DNA of 36,829 nucleotides from positions 1 to 36,829 of the IMG/VR virus record IMGVR_UViG_3300012232_000031; one strand, written 5' to 3'. The position numbers were made by a program, and so were the translations under genes. Source of the stretch: a virus (Duplodnaviria > Caudoviricetes). The notes under the pieces are model-generated. The model saw only the letters and a program-made list of their open reading frames with translations. It was not told the origin of the DNA and searched no databases. Positions 25,393 through 32,800 of the stretch are shown piece by piece (positions within the stretch are counted from its first letter, which is position 1; every line of letters begins with the position of its first letter).

Positions 25393-25537
25393 GGAAGACA
25401 AGGACGTTTGTCAAGGTTGCGGTTGCGCCCCCAAGGAGAAGCATGTCTGCCCATATAGGGATGAGATAAACGCGGACACAACCACGCTGTGTAATTGCTG
25501 CGATGGCTGCACCAGGCAGTGTGCTGAGGATATCTAG
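25382..25537 (+). CDS. Small Cys-rich protein (51 aa)
   Basis: CQGC..., HVCPYRDEIN.D...LCNCCDGC..QCAEDI; AAGGAG SD; not in the ORF track. Confidence 0.65.
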   Translation: METEEDKDVCQGCGCAPKEKHVCPYRDEINADTTTLCNCCDGCTRQCAEDI

Positions 25538-25957
25538 GTGGCCAGCCAGGAGGACATGATCCGGCGACTCCAGCACATCCTGATGACCTGTAGGGATGAT
25601 CTCACCGACCCTGAGGTAGCTAGGACTACCTGGAACAAGGTGTTCGACGTGCTTCTCCGTGCAGACCTAACAATCAGCGCAGTCACGATTATGAAGATAC
25701 CCAGGACCCCGGTAGAGGCAGCTGCTAGGTCAGGGAAGCTGCCCACATCTGCTGAGATCACTACCATGCCGTTTGGGAAACACAAGGACAAGACGATAGA
25801 GCAGATAGCTGGGATTGACCGCCCCTATCTTGTCTGGCTGCAAGCCAAGGATTTCATCACCAGTGACCGCATCAAGGCGGCTATTAGGGAGGCCCTAGAA
25901 GCCAAAGGCCCCGACATTCTTGCTGGGACACCACCATGGGAGAACCCTCGTGAATAA
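25538..25957 (+). CDS. DUF3820-like domain protein
   Basis: MPFGKHKDKTIEQI...PYLVWL motif. Confidence 0.7.
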   Translation: MASQEDMIRRLQHILMTCRDDLTDPEVARTTWNKVFDVLLRADLTISAVTIMKIPRTPVEAAARSGKLPTSAEITTMPFGKHKDKTIEQIAGIDRPYLVWLQAKDFITSDRIKAAIREALEAKGPDILAGTPPWENPRE

Positions 25958-26156
25958 CGTAGCGATGTTGCTGGAGAGGAAGGCTTGGATAGCCTTGTGC
26001 ACACTAGGGAATGAGCATAACCTGATGGCCTATATGGTCAGACGGTGGCAGTTGATGTGCGCCCAGGCAGAAGCTGCGGCTTTTGAGCGCATGATCTGGG
26101 AGGGCAATAAGGTAGACCCCAACAACAATCCGCTAGGGCTGGACTGTGGCACCTAG
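25950..26156 (+). CDS. Hypothetical protein
   Basis: GTG at 25950 after GGAG; overlaps both neighbours. Confidence 0.5.
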   Translation: MNNVAMLLERKAWIALCTLGNEHNLMAYMVRRWQLMCAQAEAAAFERMIWEGNKVDPNNNPLGLDCGT

Positions 26157-27945
26157 GATAGCTGACTGTCTCTTCCTTGACACAGAGACAACCGGCCTCA
26201 ACCCACTAGCCCCTAGCACTCGCTGTCGGGGCATTGGCTGGCTGGATGGGGCCACTGGGGACAAGGGCTACTTAGATCTAGACAACTGGGCCGGTGACAT
26301 GGACGTGCTGGCAAGTTTCCAGGCCCTGCTCCTAGAGAGACATCCAGTGGCCCACAACCTGCACTATGATATCCAGGTGCTGCACCGGCTGGGGCTGGAG
26401 CTGCCAAATACGGAGACCTGGAACTGCACGCTGACACTGGCCAAGCTGGGGGCCCCTAGACTAAGGAAGTTTGGCCTGAAGGACTTAGCTGTCAGGCTGT
26501 TCGACGAGTCAGACGCTGATGAAGACACTGCCCTCAAGACTTGGTGCAAGCAGCAAAAGCCCCGAGTCAAGGTAGCCGACCGCTTCCTACTGGCCCCTCA
26601 GTCCCTCCTATCTATCTACTGCGCCAAGGACGTATACCTAGCCGCCAAGCTGTGGGCCAGATTCTCCAGCCAGCTAGACAGAAGCCTGATCTACCAGGAA
26701 TACCGCAATGAGATGAAGGTGCTGGCAAGAGTCGTAGCTGCCGAGCAGGTAGGGATGCGGCTGGATCTAGGGGCACTGAAGTCTGGCAAGGAACGGCTGG
26801 ACGCCCTGATCCTGGATCACACAGCTGGATGCTACCGGCTAGCTGGCTATGAGTTTCTCACTAACTCCCCCAAGCAACTTGCCAAGGCCCTGTATGGGAC
26901 CGGCCTCCCTGCTCTGTTCACCAAGAAGGGCGCGGCCTCTACCAGTAAGGTCGCCCTGCTCACCATCCGCAAGGAGAACAAACTTGCCGACAGAATCCTC
27001 AAGCTCCGACACGCCGAGAAACTGCTTGCCTACCTTGAAGACTACGAACACTTTCGGCGAGGTGATACTCTATCCGGGGTGTTCAATACACTGGGAGCCC
27101 TTACTGGACGGTTCAGCTGCAGCAATCCTAACCTACAAAATATCCCCAGACCCGATGAAGGTGGGGCCGCCCTCATCAGGGCTCTGTTCATCCCCAGGGC
27201 TGGCCGAGTTCTTGTGGCTGCTGACTTTTCGCAGATCGAGCTACGAGTAGGCGCACTGTATGCAGATCCCCAGGGACACATGGCCCACGTCCTCAACAGT
27301 GGGGGAGATATTCACCAGGAAACCAGTGAGCTGATTGGCCACAGCCGCCAGATTGCCAAGTCTGCCAACTTCCTACTGATCTACTGTGGGACAGCCGACA
27401 AGCTGCAAGCATACCTAGCACTGTTTGGGACCTACATCAGCTTGGGAGAGGCAAGAGCCATCGTAGCTGCCTTCCATGGGGCCTACCCTGAGTTCAGGAG
27501 ACTAGCTGCCAGGGTGGAGAGAGAGGTTAACCTAGATGGCGGCGTCACTGACCTGGTGGGCAGGTTCTACCCAGTCCCTCGTGGAGAAGCTTACAAGGGC
27601 GTGAACTACCTGGTGCAGGGCCTGTGTGCCAAGATCCTGAAGGGGGCCATTGTCAGGCTGGGGCCGGTCCTAGATGGCGAGGATGCCCACATGGTCAGCT
27701 TCATCCACGATGAGATCCTAATAGATGCATCGGCAGAGGCATGTGCCCTGGTCCCCAACACCACCAGCGATGGACTCGTGACTTCTACTGATGGCTGGGC
27801 GGCTCCTGAGGACTCCCTACTGGGGAGGATACGGGCTGCCATGGAGGAGAGACTGCACCCTGCTATTTGTGTCGAGACCCCTGTCGAAGTGTCTGTCTGC
27901 CCGGTTAACTGGGCGAGGAAGAACAAGGTGAAGGTATGGAACTGA
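26146..27945 (+). CDS. polA: DNA polymerase family A with 3'-5' exonuclease
   Basis: Exo I DTETTGL, Exo II HNLHYD, Exo III YCAKD; TGRFSCSNPNLQNIP, motif A DFSQIELR, motif B RQIAKSANF..IY, motif C IHDE. Confidence 0.92.
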   Translation: MAPRIADCLFLDTETTGLNPLAPSTRCRGIGWLDGATGDKGYLDLDNWAGDMDVLASFQALLLERHPVAHNLHYDIQVLHRLGLELPNTETWNCTLTLAKLGAPRLRKFGLKDLAVRLFDESDADEDTALKTWCKQQKPRVKVADRFLLAPQSLLSIYCAKDVYLAAKLWARFSSQLDRSLIYQEYRNEMKVLARVVAAEQVGMRLDLGALKSGKERLDALILDHTAGCYRLAGYEFLTNSPKQLAKALYGTGLPALFTKKGAASTSKVALLTIRKENKLADRILKLRHAEKLLAYLEDYEHFRRGDTLSGVFNTLGALTGRFSCSNPNLQNIPRPDEGGAALIRALFIPRAGRVLVAADFSQIELRVGALYADPQGHMAHVLNSGGDIHQETSELIGHSRQIAKSANFLLIYCGTADKLQAYLALFGTYISLGEARAIVAAFHGAYPEFRRLAARVEREVNLDGGVTDLVGRFYPVPRGEAYKGVNYLVQGLCAKILKGAIVRLGPVLDGEDAHMVSFIHDEILIDASAEACALVPNTTSDGLVTSTDGWAAPEDSLLGRIRAAMEERLHPAICVETPVEVSVCPVNWARKNKVKVWN

Positions 27946-28151
27946 CCCACGTCTGGATCATTGTGAGCCATACTCCGACGAGCATCTTCTTTCCCGGATC
28001 TGCTTACTCAAGCAGGGAGGCAGCGGAGCAAGCCAGCATCAAGGCAGAGACAGAGCTAGCTGCCGCCAACGCCAAGTTCAACCAGACTACCCGCAGAGAG
28101 ATAGTCCGGCTGGAGATCAAGCACCTGATGCCTGAGTGGCCGCAGCTATAG
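27936..28151 (+). CDS. Hypothetical protein
   Basis: 71 aa; AYSSREAAE motif; last gene of the early arm, overlapping the convergent ERCC4 gene end. Confidence 0.55.
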   Translation: MELTHVWIIVSHTPTSIFFPGSAYSSREAAEQASIKAETELAAANAKFNQTTRREIVRLEIKHLMPEWPQL

Positions 28152-28671
28152 GTGCCAATTCAGGGTCCCTCTTGTAGACCGCCTGAGTGACAGTGAGGCC
28201 CTTCTCCCTGGCGGCTAGCTCGCGCCCCAACATCCTCAGCACCATCTTGGCAGCTAGCTCTGGGCTGCCGGCGTAGAGGACGCTGACGCCCATCTGGCAG
28301 AGGATGCTGACACGGTGGAGGTAAAGGTCTACACCTCGTGCCCCTATCTGCTTGAAGACCTGGTAGGGCAGCTGGTTGACATCGGTGATGTTGCCGGCTA
28401 CCAGCACGATGCGACTGGCTCCGTATCTCTCCACCACAGTCTCCCAGCGAGCACACTTCCTCAAGAAGGCTTCCCAGCTGGCTCGCCGGACACAGGTAGC
28501 CAGCATATCAAACGTGGACTTGCGCTCAATCTCGAAGATGTCCTTGAGGCCCCAAGCGGTGTAGTCTCCATATCGCAGGGTCGTCCACTTGGTGGAGTGG
28601 CCCGGGAACTGGAAAGGTGCCTTCTCTCTGTTGTCGATGTAGACTTCCAGCTTGCCGGCCATCGGGTCCAT
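28117..28671 (-). CDS. ERCC4 (XPF/Mus81-type) domain nuclease
   Basis: IDNREK.P, L.YGDY and IERKS..D catalytic motif. Confidence 0.85.
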   Translation of the reverse strand: MDPMAGKLEVYIDNREKAPFQFPGHSTKWTTLRYGDYTAWGLKDIFEIERKSTFDMLATCVRRASWEAFLRKCARWETVVERYGASRIVLVAGNITDVNQLPYQVFKQIGARGVDLYLHRVSILCQMGVSVLYAGSPELAAKMVLRMLGRELAAREKGLTVTQAVYKRDPELAPIAAATQASGA

Positions 28672-28672
28672 G

Positions 28673-29860
28673 TTAGCTCGCGACTCCTGTCCACCTACGG
28701 ATGCGGTTATCGTCGGCGCTGTTGACGGTGCTGTGCGTCAGGGACTGATTCTGTAGCAGGGTAGCCGCTGTGCCATCTCCACGGACTACACCATCCAGCG
28801 CCGGCCAGTGCCCGTTCATCAGGTAGCACCACATGTAGCCTTTGATTCCTGCTGCGTCCAAGACATCAAGATAGCCGGCAATCAGGCCGCTGTCAATACG
28901 GGTGTCGTAGAACTCAGTAATCAGGGTCGGCAGCTCTCCAGCCTCGGCCACTGCCTCGCTGATGGCAGTAGACAGGGTGCTGCGAGCATACGTGTGAAAA
29001 CTCATGTAGGTGAGGGGCACACCGGCTGCGATCAGCGGGCGATTCAGTCCTGACCCACTGCCGGCCCATCCCACCGTGCAGTTGATGGGATTGCTGAACT
29101 GAGCGCGGATCAGATCATGTGTCGTCTTGATGAAGCTGCTGACGTTGGTTTTGCGAGTAGCATCAGCGAAGAAGACATTGGGCTCGTTGTAAAGATCAAA
29201 GCTGTCGAGAACTTCGAGGGCAGCGCCCCTACTGAAGAAGGCACCGAGGTCTGTCAGGTAGTTGGTGACGGCTGCCTTGAACTTGGTATCTGCCCAGCTA
29301 GCATAGGCTCCCTGGGTGTCCCACTCGACTGAGGCGAAGGGCTCAGGCCAGAAGGATACCCAGCGCTCATTGGCGGGAGTGATCGCTGACTGGCTGGCGG
29401 TGAAGGCATCAGCCAGACTCCAGTGCGTGGACAGCAAGGTGCTGGGCAGGTAGCTGGAGATTTCCACCAGGAACTGGGCACCACGGAGGAAGGGGCCGCC
29501 TCCGACATCGATGGCTAGCGCGGCTGACCCACTAGGGATTCCCGACCAGACCTGGAAGGTGAGGCCCATGCGGCGGGCCCGCAGCTCGGTTACCAGGATA
29601 TCCAGCACCTGTCTCCACCCTGCCTGGTTGATGTAATACGACATGAAGCTGCCCAGCACTCGGATGCTGTTAAACCCAGCCAGCTTGATGGCGTCTAGCT
29701 CGCTGCGCAGGAGACTCCCTGAGAAGACACCATCAGAACCAGTTGTGGGCAGGCCAGTGGCCGGGGCACCATTCACCGGCAGCCAAGCTAGGGTCACGTC
29801 CTGAGACCGCTTGGCCATGGGGAGATAGTTGCAGCCCTTGATGTCACGAATGCGGTTCAT
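28673..29860 (-). CDS. Glycoside hydrolase, clan GH-A (GH5-like) TIM barrel
   Basis: KGCNY, AGFNSIRV, DLYNEP (acid/base), SFHTY, LITEF (nucleophile), YMW; ATG at 29860 overlaps the upstream TGA. Confidence 0.75.
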   Translation of the reverse strand: MNRIRDIKGCNYLPMAKRSQDVTLAWLPVNGAPATGLPTTGSDGVFSGSLLRSELDAIKLAGFNSIRVLGSFMSYYINQAGWRQVLDILVTELRARRMGLTFQVWSGIPSGSAALAIDVGGGPFLRGAQFLVEISSYLPSTLLSTHWSLADAFTASQSAITPANERWVSFWPEPFASVEWDTQGAYASWADTKFKAAVTNYLTDLGAFFSRGAALEVLDSFDLYNEPNVFFADATRKTNVSSFIKTTHDLIRAQFSNPINCTVGWAGSGSGLNRPLIAAGVPLTYMSFHTYARSTLSTAISEAVAEAGELPTLITEFYDTRIDSGLIAGYLDVLDAAGIKGYMWCYLMNGHWPALDGVVRGDGTAATLLQNQSLTHSTVNSADDNRIRRWTGVAS

Positions 29861-32800
29861 CAGCGATCCTCCCAAACTGCGTGTGCGTTGATCTGGCCCA
29901 GCCAGTAAGTCTTCTTGGCCTCATTGCCATCGCGGATAGCAGACTTCAACTTTGACTTCATCTCACGGAAGATTTCCTGCCTCTTGTAGTTGTGGAGGAT
30001 CTGCTGGCGCAGGGGGTCAGCGTCGCTCACCTTGACCAGGAGGTAGTTGCGAAGGCGCTCGCCAAGCTCTTGGTCAGGTTTGTGGAACAATCCCAGTAGC
30101 TGGGACATCTCCTTGGCTGGGCGGAAGAGGTTAAACATCTGCTCGTTCCAGAGCAGGTTGACGTGGCCAGCAGGACCAGCAGAGGTAGCCCGCCGAGTCA
30201 GACCGGGGAGAGGGACAGGCCCAAACGCCAGGTTGCTGGCTTCTCCCGGCATGGTCTCCAGCTTGACACCCTCGAAGGTGCGGCCCATCCCTGCCTCCAT
30301 AGGAGTCCTCAGGAGTGGTGTCAGCTGCTGCATGAGGACATCACCAGTGAACTCTCCTGGCTCCCTGCCAAACTGGGAGAGTCTCAGCAGGTCGGCTGCG
30401 GGCAAGAAGCTGTCCATGACAATGAAGCCCCACTTGCCATCCTTCTTGCCGAGGGTGAGGTTGTAGTGCTTGCTAGCCCACTCAGGTAGCTCGTCCTCAG
30501 GGACATCAGCGCCGCCTCGGCCCATGTTCTGCACAGCCGACCACATCCTCAGTGCTTGGTCAGGGCGCTCTACATGCCACAATACCTGCCTGGGGATGTT
30601 GAATCTCATCCACTGGTAGAAGGGGAGCACGCCAACTGCCAGGGTGCGCTCCATCGGGGTCATCTCGGTAGTCCCACCCATCACACGCTTGGCGATGTTG
30701 GCAGACTCACCGGCTGACTTGCCGGCTTTGCGGTTTGCCAGGTAGATGGCGAAGCGGAACTGGTTCTCGATACCCTCGTGCAGCTTGATGCCCTTCTCGA
30801 TGGTGTTCTCGACGTGAGTGCCCCAGCCCCACTGGCTGCTGTTGAAACTGGTGTCTACTGGAATCTCATTGAGACTGGAGATTCCCCGGCCAGCTAGGGT
30901 CTCATTCAGCGGCTTGTGAACCTGCCTTACGTAGGTGCCACGGAAGCCACCATTGGCGTTGAAGCCTTCGATCTCCCTCTCCCAGGTGGAGGGGCCATCA
31001 GGGAAAAGGACTTCGTCCAGTGGATGAAAGCCTACACTAGCTTTGCCGTTGGTCTTAAGAACCAGCTCACCGGCATCCAGGGAGCCCTTAGAGAACCTGG
31101 TATACTGCCGGTAGCCTCTCAGCGCAGAGAAAGATTCGTTGTGGGTTTTGAGATCAAGCGGATGCAGCCCCCCTTGCCAACCTAGCAGCATATTGCCAAC
31201 AATATTGCGCCCGTAGAACTTGGGGGAGAGGAAGAGAGCTTGCCGCTTCCACATGGCGAGCAAGCCGTGATAGCCAGCCGCCAGCCTGTTGAGACTCGGC
31301 AAGTTTGTCAGCTTGGTGTAGGTGCGGTTCATCTCGTTGAGGGCGTCACGAGTCATGAACCTGATGTTGCCATCCTTCCACCGGGCGTGGTTGAAGAGAC
31401 GGCCCTCAATCCCCATGAAGGCAGAGCCGTCACGAAGCGGCTCAATCATGTCGAGGTCTAGCTGGCCAGCTGCTACCAGCTGTTGAGCCTCACTGCGGGT
31501 CACCACTGCCTGGTAGGCACCCGGCTTGGTGAGCATATCGACTACCGACTTCTCAGCATCAGTCAGCGCCTCACCAGCCTTGGACTTCTCCACCAGGGCT
31601 CTTGCCTCAGCCAGCGGGATCTCCTTGCGGCCATCGAGGATGGGGACAGCTAGCTCCTTAAAACCGTCAATTAGGGTGGCGTTGCGGATAGACCGCTTGC
31701 CGGCTAGTGCCCGGATCATCATGGCGTCGTGGATGTCGCTGACGAAGTAGGAGAGGGCCTCTGGGTCGTCCTTCAGTGCATCTGCCAGTGTCTTGCCGTC
31801 AGCAGTCTTGACCTTGAGCAGGTCTTCGCGAAGGATCTCCTTGCCGTTGAAGGTGAGCTTGCCGGAATCGAACAGTTCTTCAATTTCAGCCGTCGAGAAC
31901 TGACTGAGTGTCCGCTTCTTGTAGTGCTGGTTCATGTAGCCGTAGACCTTAGCACTTATGGTGTGCGGGTTCTTCTCGGCTTCCCTGCCTACAGCTGTGA
32001 ACCAGTCGTCCATAGCCTTGCGACCATGAGGCGTCATAATGCGGGCGAAGTAGCCGTAGCGAAGACTGCTGGGGAGCATCAGCTTGGCGAGGATCTCCTC
32101 AGTGGGCAGGTCAATCTGGATCATCTGCCGCCAGGTGTCCACCATGGCTTGGACGCCAGCAGAGCTAGTGCCCCTGATGGTGACAACGCCACCGCTCACT
32201 GGCAGGGCTGCGTCGATAGTGCGCCCCTCCCAGCCCTTGGGAATCTTGACAGTGTAGCTGCCGTCAGCTACCTGGGCGAGAGTGGGCGGGTCACGAGGGT
32301 CCCCAAAGATGGCCTCCTTGATGACGCCATCCATCTCCAGCTGCTCGGCGAAGATCATCCGCTTGTTGGGATGATTGCCAGCCTTCAGTGCATCCTGAGC
32401 AATGCCCTTGAGCCGGGCGTTCAGCATCTCCACATTCTTGGCGTGGAGACCCTCCATCATGCCCCACTGAACGTTCCAGAGACGGAAGGCAGATTGGTCA
32501 GACCGGAACCACTCCTGGATCTGGTGGGGGATAGAACCAAAGAACTTCTCCCTAATGACAGAAGTCTCCCCAATGCCAAACCCGTAGAGGGCTGTGCGGC
32601 CAGGCAAGATAACGCCAGTGATAACTTCAGTGTCTGGCTGTCTCCTGTCCTTGAGCAGTGGATGGTTCTTGGGGTTGGCGAAGAAACCCTCGCTCTCCAG
32701 CTTGGCCTTGTGCTCTGGGCTGATAGTGAACCTGCTCTTGGCCCCCTCCATGGCGGCCTTGAGATCCTCAGTGTCTAGGTGGCCCACAGTGGCCTTGAGA

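Noticed and set aside
960-28151. Amber (TAG) recoding, suggested by frequent TAG stops and in-frame TAG-ATG/GTG junctions at 10718-10721 and 25535-25540
   Set aside because: Long genes are uninterrupted under the standard code, TAGs fall at natural gene ends next to new starts, and no suppressor tRNA is seen.
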